DNA of 63,489 bases, counting the filler, from Reticulomyxa filosa (lineage: Eukaryota; Protista; Foraminifera): assembly GCA_000512085.1 (NCBI GenBank). It is 10 parts of 10 records of this genome, joined end to end, with 100 filler letters (N's around TTAATTAATTAA, not from the genome) between each part and the next. Parts side by side here need not be neighbours in the genome. Positions count along the whole stretch, not along the records: positions 51,311 to 52,820 come from ASPP01047857.1; positions 52,921 to 53,920 come from ASPP01049727.1; positions 54,021 to 62,214 come from ASPP01024063.1; positions 62,315 to 63,489 come from ASPP01023454.1; 6 more parts are not named here. One strand, written 5' to 3'. Shown one piece after another: positions 52,421 to 63,489 of this stretch (position 1 is its first letter; each line of letters starts with the position of its first letter). Position numbers and translations under genes: made by a program. The notes beneath the pieces are model-generated. The model was not told the DNA's origin and searched no databases. It saw only the letters and a list, made by a program, of their open reading frames with translations.

Positions 52421-52931
52421 CCTTCTTTTTCTTCTTTTTTTTTCCATTTTACTTTTTTTTATATTTTTTTCTATTTTTTTTTCTTTTTGATCTTTTTATC
52501 TTTTTTTTTTTCTCTTTTTAATATTTTTCTTTTTTTCAAATTGTCCTCTTTTTATTATTATTTTTATTTTTCATTTTCCAATCCTTTTTTATTATCTTTT
52601 TTTTTCCCATTCTTAAATAAAACTTTTTTTTCTATATTTTTTTCCCCCTTTTTTTCTCATTTTTTTCCAATTCCTTTTTTTCCCCCACAAATTTTTCCAC
52701 CCTATCAAATACAAATAAAAAATAAAAATCTTCACAATCTTTGACTTGACTCATATGAATACAAACAAATTAAAATAACTTTTTCATTTTTTAAAGAAAA
52801 AAAAAAACATACTTGATCGCNNNNNNNNNNNNNNNNNNNNNNNNNNNNNNNNNNNNNNNNNNNNTTAATTAATTAANNNNNNNNNNNNNNNNNNNNNNNN
52901 NNNNNNNNNNNNNNNNNNNNAAAAAAAAAAG

Positions 52932-53920
52932 GCTGGGCTTGTGCCAATTGTGGAGATCCCATACGCCAAGTATCTGGACTGTGGCGCGGATATGTTTTAT
53001 GAGTCGGTGATAATGAACTGGCTAAGCAATGGAAACCAGCCCAATGGGATGCTGATTCGGCTGCAGGGATTTGGGACGGGCTTGTTTGGTGGCAACTTCC
53101 ACACTCACAACAGCTTAAACTTCCCACCCGGATTGGACGTCGTGTGCTACAGCAATGGCAGCGACTATGTGCGCGGCTGGCGATACAATATTCAACAAGC
53201 GAAAGGGGGGCGCGTTGTGATGAGCGTCGATTGCACGAAACTGCTGAATCAAAGACATGTGTTTGAAGACATGGGATCGCGGGACTCGCTCTTGTTACTC
53301 CCACATCCAACGCCGTCTGAATACATCACTCTTGAGGATGTCATTTTGTATCCTTCGAAACGCTCCTCTCATACCCAATCTGTCGACGAACACTTTGTTG
53401 AAAAAGTTATTTGCTCCGATGTCAGCGTTGACAATAAGACCATTGTCGAAAATCACGCCTCGTATAGCTCAAACGCCGATTTACGTAGCTATTTCAACAC
53501 GTCGACCAACTCCAAACCCTACGTATGCATTGTCACCTATGGAGTCGGGGTTCCTCTGGCAAGACAAGTTTTGACTCTTTTCTTGTTCATTGTATATAGT
53601 ATTGGATCATATTATATGTATATATATTTACATATATACATATATATATGTTTTGCATTCTTTGTTTATTATATGTTGACATGACAACAAAAGGCCCAGG
53701 AAGTGTTATGCAAAAAATATGGCTATGAAAATGTCCTCGTTATCGACACTCCTTGTCTAAGCAAGATTCCAAACAAATTGAAACAGCTGTTTGAAAGTGT
53801 CAAAAATCAAAAGGCGGGGAAATCCGATCCACGCTTTCAAATTATGTTCGCAGATATGTGCAAAGAAATGAACGCTCCGCTGAATAATTTTGCCGTCAAA
53901 CTGCAAAATGAAAGCATCTT
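52932..53920 (+). CDS. 2-oxoacid dehydrogenase E1-beta/transketolase-like protein (pyrimidine-binding and C-terminal domains), internal fragment
   Basis: AGLVPIVEIPYAKYLDCGADMF, IRLQGFG..FGGNFHTHNS, PGLDVV and CIVTYGVGV. One intron at ~53568-53693; truncated at both ends. Confidence 0.8.
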
Positions 53921-54399
53921 NNNNNNNNNNNNNNNNNNNNNNNNNNNNNNNNNNNNNNNNNNNNTTAATTAATTAANNNNNNNNNNNNNNNNNNNNNNNN
54001 NNNNNNNNNNNNNNNNNNNNTTGGATGAAATCAACATTCTTTCAAATGATTTTTGAAAATTCTGCGATAATGCGTATCATTTGCACTTTTATTAAAATTA
54101 ATAAATTTTCAAATTTTTTTGTTTACATTTTAGAAATCTCCAAGTCGCATAGATACTTTTAAAAAAAAATTATGCTTGTATCATTCGCAGTCTTTGAGAA
54201 AAATCATATTCTTTTATTGCAGTTTAAAAAATATGTACAAATATTGTAGTTTTTAAGTTATTGTAAGAAATGATATTTTTTTAATGAAGTAAAGATAAAT
54301 TGTGTGAAAAAAATATCAAACTAAGCCTTAATAGCTAATACTATCAAAAAAGCAAGGTTTGATAAAGATAGTGTAGGGAAAGTCACTACATTACATCCT

Positions 54400-54602
54400 T
54401 AAACACTAACGGAACGTTGGGACCCCCAGTGGGTTAAAACCCTCTTCTTAGCACTACTCACTTTCCTCTTGTTTCACTTGTTTTCTTTACTTGCGTTGTA
54501 ATTATTCTTCTTTAATTAACTTTCTTTTACTGAAATTATTCTCTTGGAACTAAGTTCCTTTCGTATTACACTTAATCTTCTCACAAGTCCCACAATAGCA
54601 TC
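54400..54602 (-). repeat. Dispersed ~200-bp non-coding repeat, copy 2
   Basis: The reverse complement aligns block-wise with 19801-20020. Confidence 0.7.
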
Positions 54603-56294
54603 ATAATTTGGTTTACTTTGAATCAAAATTTAGGCATATCTGCAAGATAAATAATAAATGCAATTATAAAATACATAAAAAAAAATTAAAAAATGAATCA
54701 TGAGCAAAGTCTTATCGTTTAGATTATAAAAATAACAGTTGGATTTTATAAATTAATTTTGTCTCGTCAAATTTTTTAAAACTATGAAAGATACAAGGCT
54801 AATTCTTTTTAAAAAGTATCTACATGACTTGAAGATTCCTAAAAAAGAAACAAAAATTTTAAAATTTCTTCTTGACAATACAGATTTGATTTATACGCAT
54901 TACTGCGAAATTTTCAAAATCATTTGAAAACAATGCTTTTGATAAATAGGAAAAAGTTATTATAAAATTAATTTCATATTTAAAAACTACAAGAACTGTA
55001 GATGTTTTTTTAAAAATCATGTTTAAATGTATAAATCATTCAATTTTAAGAAATAAGAGAAATAAAGGAAACACTTGCCAATGAAAATATCAATGTTAAA
55101 TAAAATCAAAAATTTTTGGTTACTTTCTTTACAATGTAATAATTTTCAAAACACAATACATCAAGCCAACCAGTGTCTTTTTTGTTTCGATAACACTATA
55201 TAATATTCCAACGATAAATGGTATTATTATGAAAATAACGCATAAATCTTTTATCATTATCCGATTATGATGACGATATGTTAAGAATAAGATTTTTATA
55301 TTATTTTCATTTTTCCAATAAATTAAATCAAACACAAATACATGCAAGGACAAAAGTCATAACACACAAAAATTGCACCATGAAGATGATCGATATTTTA
55401 AAAAAGCTTCTATGTATAAATCTGCGTTAATATGTAAATTGAAAATCATAATGACAAAATTAAAATGATTAGGTTTTTTCAAATAGTAAATATAAGATTT
55501 AATTGTGAAAAATCTTCAAGAGTAAAAATATTATCAATGAAAAATTCAAGTCATGCTAGTAATTTATTTGTAGACATCTAATTGTTTTTCTAGTTATTTT
55601 AATTATCATTTTGTAATTGTTGTTAACTCTTGTAGATCTATATTTTATTGCATTTACCCAATGATAAATTGGATCTGCTTATTATTTGTTCTTTAATGAT
55701 TACTTAACTCAGACTTAACTATTAATTACTGTCATTTATCACAAGAGACAGCAAACTACTTTTCACTAGACAAAATAGCAAAAGTACCTGAAAAAAAGGC
55801 AAGAGCTATTTGAGTATATACAATTGTATCATCTTAAGCGTAGTGACGAGAATAATACAACTTAAATAACAAAACAGTTTTGTTTAAGGGTATTTTTTAT
55901 TTTCAAGAAGCCATAAAGAAGGAGGATTATATCTACAAATTATAACTCATTGTGCATTCTTGCACTGGAAAGATTTTGTTTTATCACTAATCAACTTAAA
56001 GAGTTGATCGCTACTAGTGACAGTTCAAAGTTTTTTAAACTGGCTTGATGTTATTGTATTTTGATTTCTTTTATTTGATTATCTTTAGAAAAAATTATTC
56101 AATAATTCTTCTGGATGCGGGAACTTTTGGACCAGAAGAGATTAAGACATAAAAATACTCACACTTTTCCTATGGAATAGTTATATTACATTTGTTGACG
56201 AGAAACATAATTTGAAATGTAAATAAAATGTTGATTTTTCCAAAGTAAATCGACAAAGAAATTTGCTGAGAGGGAGAAAATGAGAAAAGGATTA

Positions 56295-57189
56295 TTATTT
56301 TCCGAATTTCTCTTGAACGAATTGTTGGATTTGCGTTTGAATTTGTTGATAAATTTTTTCAAGTAACCGAACAGCAAAGTCTTGGGAAGCATCAATTGAA
56401 CTCCTAAGATATTCTGCACAAGTTGCCCACGAATCCTGGCTATCCTTCAATTCAAATGTTTGCACTCTAGTAACTAAATTTTGAATTGATTGAATGAGAA
56501 GTTGCGTCTGTATGCGTTTATGTTCGTTCCAATAAAAAAATAGTGTCGTTAGGGATCTTCGATATTCAAAAATGCAATTATATAAGTGCAATGTTTGTAT
56601 TCAAAACAGAGTTGGGGCCTTTGGAGAATGTAAGCTGTAGATAGACTCCAAGTGCGGTAATGAGGAAGCCCACAAACGCAATAAAACCCGCAAGCATATT
56701 ATCATATTTACCAATACATGGGATAAAATCTGGAATAAGATCCAATGGCAACTGTCGGTACAACAGACCTAACATGAACATTGTCACTCCTGTGGCCAGC
56801 AAGATTTCAGCAAACGGACCAAGTAAATTATTATTTTTCAAGTGATCTTTTGAATTTGGCAAATCATTAGTTGCTGTATTTCATTTCATTTGAATTTTGG
56901 TTGTTGCGATTTTTCTTGTCTTTTTTTTTTGTTTTTGGACAAAACCTTTAGCTAGTGCTGAAATATCCACCATCTTCCAATGAGATGAAACGAGTGTCCA
57001 CCAAACCATTCCACAGATCGCCATTAACAACATCACTATAAACTGCTGTACCATCAACCGTACTATTTTCACCAGTCCAACGTAGCTGCATAACAACATT
57101 CCGGTACAAGCGAACCATAACATAGGCCAGTGCAGCTCAATCCAAGAACCCCACTCAGGACCTAACGTGTCAACAAATAGTGTTGTCAT
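56295..57189 (-). CDS. DUF1232/YkvA-domain membrane protein, 3 exons
   Basis: YRQLPLDLIPDFIPCIGKYDN matches the DUF1232 pattern PxDLIPDxIPxxGxxD, with flanking TM helices. Confidence 0.78.
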
Positions 57190-57630
57190 ATCTTGTTAAA
57201 AAATTGAGCTAAGAGCTAACAAAAAAAAGCACCTTTTGCACGTTTCTTTTTGCGATCTGTATAACATCTGAGTTTTTTTGAATAAACCAAAATAACTTTT
57301 TGTATTTTTTTTCGTCAACAAAAAAAGGAAAAAATTTAAAAAAGTTGAAATAATTAGGCCTGAAAAGAGCTAGCGTTTCCCCCTTTTGTAATCAATTCAA
57401 GCGTAGCAACTTTTCACGTCAACAAAAAGGCAGAGAGATAAAATAAATGCGATCTCAAAGTCATCAAAACTTGAAACAGCGCCGCTCGAATCCCATCCTG
57501 CCCTTGTCAGTGACTTTTTCATTGCGCTGTCTAAACAGGAAAAAAATAAAAGCAGACACAACAGATATATGGAGCATAATAATTAATCAACACATTGAAA
57601 AGGACTGTCCCAGCAACTTGGCGTGAACAA

Positions 57631-58502
57631 ATGAGTTTGGGTTTGAACACAATTTGTTCTCTCCAGCGATGGAAGATTGAATTTCGAATACTGAACATGT
57701 ATCGCATCGTCTTTTTAATATGTGTGATAATTCAATTCCTTCATTCGACGGCCACAAACCTTGCCTATTTTCGACACAGAAGAGGAGAGAGACTAATAGA
57801 TGCGGGATTTGATTTTTTCCCGTACTTAGATCCTTCGTTGCATTGGATAAGCGAAGTAATTACATTTGGCATTATCATATCCATTATTATTTTGGGTTTC
57901 ATTCCTTTTTTTTACAGCAAGCCCCCTTTTTACATGGTATGTTCTTTTGTGTGTTGGGTGATAGATTTCGATAAATTGAACGAAGTAACACACACACAAA
58001 AAAGGCTACGTTTTGGATTCGAGCATTGCTCGTGATGGGAGTATGCATATGCCTGAGATGTCTATCGTTTTTAGCAACAGGATTACCTGGCCCTGCACCG
58101 CATTGCCAGCCGCTAAGCTCAGAATATGCACCCCCTGAAACGATATATGATGTTGTGTTTCGAATTGACGTTTTTAAGGGCTGTGGGGATCTCATATTTT
58201 CTAGCCACACAAGCATTTCGATGGCCTTTGTGCTGACCGCACACTATTATCTAAAACACTTTTGGGGAAATGGTTATCACTATAAACTTGTCCTGTTTGG
58301 TGTGTATTGGCCACTCTTATTGATGAATGTCTGTCTGATTATTGCTGCTAGGAAGCATTACACTGTCGATGTTGTCATTGCTCTGTATACCACTCCATTA
58401 GTCTTTCACGCCAGTTTATATGTTATACCTGATCCTGTCGCCCAAGATTTGGAATACCAACAAGTCATTACGATTGACAATGACAAGTCCGAAGATGAAT
58501 GA
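57631..58502 (+). CDS. Inositol phosphorylceramide synthase / sphingomyelin-synthase family (plant/protist IPCS-like); exons 57631-57936, 58005-58502
   Basis: LIDAGF, LPGPAPHC, GCGDLIFSSH and RKHYTVDV catalytic motifs, with a phase-0 intron. Confidence 0.9.
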
Positions 58503-59917
58503 TTGTAAGGTTTTTATTTCACAAGGGAGAAAGCCAATTTCTACATTTTGATTCGTTTGCTTTTTTCGTTTTCCTCCTTTTTTTTGCTGTGGGTTTTTTT
58601 CCATGAAAGTTTTAAATTGATGAATCTTTAATTCTTTGTGAATTTTCAATTTTCTTTTAAGGAAGAAAACCCTCGCCAGTTGACATTTTAACATATAAGT
58701 ATGCCTGGTTTTGTTTACGACTATCGTGTTGTTTTCTTTCGACTTTCATCAAGTTCCACAAAATTTTGTTAAACTATTCAAGGCCACTAAAACATATCGT
58801 GTTCCAAAATTACATCGTGGCAGTACAACTTGAATATGAACACTGTTGACCCCTTAAGTTGATGTCTTGACCGTTTTTTTTTAAGCATTAACATTTGATG
58901 TGTGGCCAAATGATTGGATGCAACATTTCATGTTTCTTTAGGTTAAAAAGGACATAAACTTGCTATTTTTCTTTGGTTTAATGGTTTGCCTTGATCCGAA
59001 GTGAACTTTAGAACGAAGCATTACTACGTTTGTAGTTTATCAAACCGAAGACAAATAATTTAATCAGTGGAAAAGAAATAACTTTGTTTGTGTGCATTAT
59101 ACAGTAGACAAACAAAGTGACAAATGCAATACGGAGACTTGTGGAGAGTTATGATTCAATAAGGTGTTTATAATCGGACAAAGTGTTTGTAGAGCAACTG
59201 GACATTGAAATTGACTACTGAAAAAGATACATATTTGGCTTCTGCGTGTGTTGGGCATAAAATATGTATCAACGACTAGCTAGTTGTAATATACATACTT
59301 GTATTTTGTATTTGACAACAAAGTAATTTACAGAATGATCAAAAAATTATGAATTCAAAACGGTATTTCAATATTTAAATTAGTTAACAGCAAAAGCAAT
59401 ATCAAACATGACTACTTCTGCAGTTTGGAAGAGAAATGAATTTGAATGATAGAATATATCGATTTTAAATTCTTTTCAAGATTACATTTCGTGTTCATTG
59501 GAATAAATCAATTGATACTTAAAGTAAATAAAATTGATTGGTGAAACTAATTATATCGATATATTGTGTTGAATTATCGTGGAAATGTCGATCTAAAAGC
59601 AAATGCGTATGATTATAAAGAAATTGTTTTTGCATATTGTTTTCAATGAGATCAAATTTACAATTTAATAAGTTATATAAACTAGTTTGGAGTAAAAAAA
59701 AATTAAAAAATTAAAATTAACTCAATTTATCATTAATAATAACATTATTGTATTTTAAAATAGGTTTAAGTTGCAATTACTTCAACATATTTCAAGTTTT
59801 GAAAGCTTTTTTGAAAAATCATTGAGATACTAGCACAAGAATATTCGTCAAGTTTCTGAGCAAGTATAGCAAAGTAACTGAAGAAAGCAAGAAAGGAAGA
59901 AAAAACAAACTTTTTTC

Positions 59918-60512
59918 AACCAGTAAAATTTTTTTATAGTGATAAACATTTTTTAAAGTAATTGAAAGTTTGAGATATTGTAAATTTAGTATGAGTTTCA
60001 CTATGTTATTCTTTTTGGAAACGTTTTTGTTGTAATTTATTTTTGGAGGCTTCGTCGTCAGTTCAGCATCTAGTGTGACTGTAAGAGGGGGGACGTGCTT
60101 GTTAATACTTAAGCTTATCTTGCTAGTTCGTTTACAGGAATTCCAAAATGCCATTTGATCCAATAAATCTCAGGAACATCATTTTCTCAAAAAAAAATTT
60201 ATATAATCATCGATGATCATTATGAAAGATTAGCAAAATCTTGAGAGCAAAGCCGTGGCATCTAGATATTTCGAAAGATATCGAAAGATAATGAAGAAAT
60301 CAGAAAGTTTCTCAAACAAACAGATATTGGTGAACAAAATCCGAAGAATTTTCAACTAGTGAAAATTTTTTTATAGTGATATAAAGATTTTTATAGTAAT
60401 TGAATTTTTGAGATATTGTAATTAGTGCGTCTTCAATTTTTTTGTCCCTTTTGGCAACATATTTGTCGCAATTTATCTGGGCAGGATGGATATCGTCGTC
60501 GGTTCAGCATAT
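59918..60512. repeat. Diverged direct repeat pair (~59918-60072 and ~60354-60512)
   Basis: Shared blocks TTTTTATAGTGATA, AGTAATTGAA, TTTGAGATATTGTAA, TTTTGG and TCGTCGTC(A/G)GTTCAGCAT in the same order. Confidence 0.8.
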
Positions 60513-60889
60513 ATCTTCCACAATTTTGAGGCACGCGAGGTTAAAAGAAAGGGTCTTTTACTGAGCGTGGTGATAACAAGAAAGCCGTTCAGCAAGTATA
60601 GCCAGCACCCTCATTCTTTAGTGAGGTTGTTACGAGGTTGTATATATTCCATTTGCAGACGTAATCGAGAGTGCTATACTCAGGCCTAGAAATACAGGCT
60701 CATAAAAGAATTTCTGCTTTTATCAGCATGTATTTTGTGATTGAAAAAAGGGCAGTCCAGAACAATAAAACTTTTTTTTGCAATTCAAAAAAGATGCAGC
60801 AAGCAAATGTTCAACTTGTGATGGTGCTGATTGTAATTCCAAGGTATTAAATGAGACATTGAAATCTAGAATGAAAATGGATATGTTAA

Positions 60890-62214
60890 ATGTTATTTGG
60901 AAATTCTGGTATTGGTATTAACAGTTCTGGGATCCCATTATCGCAACAACGGCAATCAGTCATGGATATTGATGGCAATCCAAACAAAGCAAAGAAACGG
61001 AAATTTCCAGAAAATGATAACATTCCTGATGTGAATGCCAAGAAGAGGAGAACGAACAAGTTCACAAATGCAAGTGCAAGTCGCTGTGCGACCTGAAGTG
61101 GATGAGAAAAAGAAAGAGATCACTTTCTTCAAGAATTTGACACAATTTCATCATCGACACTGGGATTACACCAATTCAAGCCAAAGAGCTTAAGTCAGCA
61201 ACATCAGTGGTTAAGTTCCTTGGCTTGAAAAATAAGCACACATTGGCACGAAATGTGGTTGCTTACACATTCACCTGCAATTTTAGGACAATCTACGTCC
61301 ATTTTGCTGTGAATATAAATGCTCAACATGCGGCAATTATGTGAAGCATTTAACAATATGTAAAAGGCATCTGATGGAGATGAGAAATCCGAAGACAAAT
61401 CCAATAAAGACAAATGATATCCTGAACTAAACAAGACTGTTCTATTGAGGAATATTCCAGTTTGAGAGTGAAAAAGAAATCAAAGAAACATTGGAAGAAT
61501 ATGGTTATTCAGTTGAAGTGGTAAAGCGATTCAACAGTTATGGTGACGTTATCCGAATCTGGAGATGTGATGAAGATCTTGATGATAAGTAGATTCAGAT
61601 TGAATACGCCATGACACAAGCTGTCCTATATGACAAGAACAAGTTAAGACCAAAACATCACTTCAAACAATGTCGAAATTGTTTCAAAATGGACCACATT
61701 GCTAAAGAATGCCCGTAGAAAAGAAAGACGTGGATTAAAGAACCATGAAGCATCGAAATATCGATATTGTGAAGAACCATCCAAGTGATTCAGTGCAATG
61801 TGAAGTTTTTGCAAGGCGAGAAAAAAAATTGGAATTAAATTGACTAAAAAAGAGACAATATTACTGAAGAAAAAAGATGCTTTGCAAAGCATTTCAATTA
61901 AAACTAATGTGCAACATCAATCAAAGGAGTATTCATATACTGATACTGTCTACAATAGTCAAAGAAATGGAAATGAAGCGAAGCCTAAAATAAAAAAAAA
62001 TCATATATCAGATCATCGTGACGATCTGACACGTTCTAAGTGAAAACTCGTTAGAACAGTGTGAAACTTCAAAAAGATCAAACTCGATATCGAAATATCA
62101 AGATCTCTTAATATGACAAATGAGCCAACTAAGCAAAATAAAAAGTGTCAACTAGAAAATCTTACAACAGTGGTATTCACATTTGCAGATCCATCGAACA
62201 TTGTCGTAAATCAA
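60890..62214 (+). mobile_element. Decayed LINE ORF1 (gag-like) with CCHC zinc knuckle
   Basis: TVLLRNIP...EIKETLEEYGYSVEVVKRF (RRM-like pre-knuckle region), then KQCRNCFKMDHIAKEC at ~61665-61712, with stops and frameshifts. Confidence 0.78.
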
Positions 62215-62584
62215 NNNNNNNNNNNNNNNNNNNNNNNNNNNNNNNNNNNNNNNNNNNNTTAATTAATTAANNNNNNNNNNNNNNNNNNNNNNNNNNNNNN
62301 NNNNNNNNNNNNNNTGTTAATATTACTGGAAAAATTCACACTGGCATATTTCCTAATTTTCTTTAATTTTTTTTTTTCCCCTATTGGGCCAAGGAGGAGC
62401 AACAATTTTCTTCTTTCTTTATTTTTTATCTAACCTCACTGTGTTCAAAAAAAAAATTTCCTGAGGGTATTTTGAATTGTTGTTCTCATGTTTTGCTGGG
62501 CCTGTTGCCTCCTTTTTCGTTTGTCGTGGTTTATTTTATTTTATCTTTTTTTTTTGCATTTTGTATCGATTTCCAAAATTTTAA

Positions 62585-63400
62585 CCTTTGCTAAGCAATA
62601 TGATGAATATGTTGCGCATTTGCAACCAGTGCAGTTGGTTGTGATAGCTGCAATACTGTCCTAGACGCTTGTTGGTGTCTTGTAATGAATCCAATTCAAT
62701 ATCTTGTTACTTATATGTCATGGACGCAAACATAGCCTGCTTTTTGTGATGTTGTTGCGCTGTCATTATGATGCTATATCCCATTTTTGTCTATTGTAAT
62801 CAACAACTTGTATTTTTGTTTTATAGGGCCAGTTCACTTGGTCAAAGTCTTGTTTTTAAATGCGTTTTCATGGTAAATAAAAAAAAAAGAATAAGCTTTT
62901 TCAAACTTCTTTTACAACTTTGGTCCAAATATACTTTTGAAAGGAAAAATAGTTAATTTTGACGGCATAGTCTGTTATTGTGCCAGTTTTTTTAAATACA
63001 GTCTTGTCATACTTTAAAAAAAAAGTATCAACAGCTTATTTAATGAGCTTTGATTCTAAAAATTAATACATACAAACAAAAGATCCAACTTTGTTAAATT
63101 ATTTGTAGACAACGCGATTGTGAGGATGCAACAGTTTCACATTGAGACTTGAGCGCCAGGTTTTGTTGCTTTAGCGCTACGTAGACGCTCACTAACGAAC
63201 TTGAGTCTCACCCAATCGCAAAAGCCAACATCTGCCATTTTACTGAGACATATTAGTCAGAAGCTTGGTATTGCATAATCAATGACCACAATTCGCTTTC
63301 TGCAACTTCATTTGGATTGACCGTCGCCAATGTTGTCGTTGTTATTGCGATTTGTAATGTGCACTCGTTGCTGCACTCATCATTTTTGAGCAAATATTTC
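62585..63400 (-). pseudogene. Decayed coding-like fragments, family unknown
   Basis: Two GC-elevated blocks (~62585-62770 and ~63100-63400) read as protein-like frames interrupted by TAA/TAG. Confidence 0.35.
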
Positions 63401-63489
63401 GAATCAAAAATAATTGCTGCTTTTTGTAGATAGATCTATCTATATTTTTGTTTCCAATGATCTACGATAATTATGTTAATCTCAATTCT

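Noticed and set aside
52420-52745. Phe-rich hydrophobic ORFs as membrane proteins
   Set aside because: Noisy T-rich low-complexity sequence, probably an intron or a poor read end.
62585-63400. Stop-codon reassignment (TAA/TAG = Gln) suggested by in-frame stops in coding-like relics
   Set aside because: Intact genes end in TAG, TAA and TGA and have long stop-free frames, and the relics also carry frameshifts or TGA stops.

Overview
AT-rich eukaryotic genomic DNA with many short GT-AG introns and the standard genetic code. Composition, homopolymer-rich introns, kelch/TLDc families and many pseudogenes resemble a rhizarian such as the foraminiferan Reticulomyxa (inference only). The window is not contiguous: ten contigs are joined by nine identical 100-bp artificial spacers (44 N + TTAATTAATTAA + 44 N), and the first eight run in decreasing size, so adjacency across spacers is probably not biological. 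Supported genes: GNS-like sulfatase, a Myb+bZIP transcription factor, an uncharacterised poly-Asn protein head-to-head with a CaaX-terminated RhoGAP, PIG-Z, a GH2 glycosidase-like protein with a PAN insert and no catalytic nucleophile, a >3000-aa protein of many OST-HTH/LOTUS-like repeats, an amino-acid permease fragment, a TLDc gene with its decayed tandem copy, RABGGTB, a claudin-like protein, an ADCY10-type STAND NTPase with an inserted PH domain, kelch, ankyrin-like, Deg protease, DENR, a 2-oxoacid dehydrogenase E1-beta-like fragment, a DUF1232 protein and an IPC synthase. Decayed LINE fragments and a ~200-bp dispersed repeat are also present. The best novelty candidates are the giant multi-LOTUS protein, the Myb-bZIP fusion, the GH2 pseudo-enzyme, the PH-interrupted STAND protein and the purine-rich 3' splice sites. 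All calls come from manual translation and motif recognition; no searches were run.
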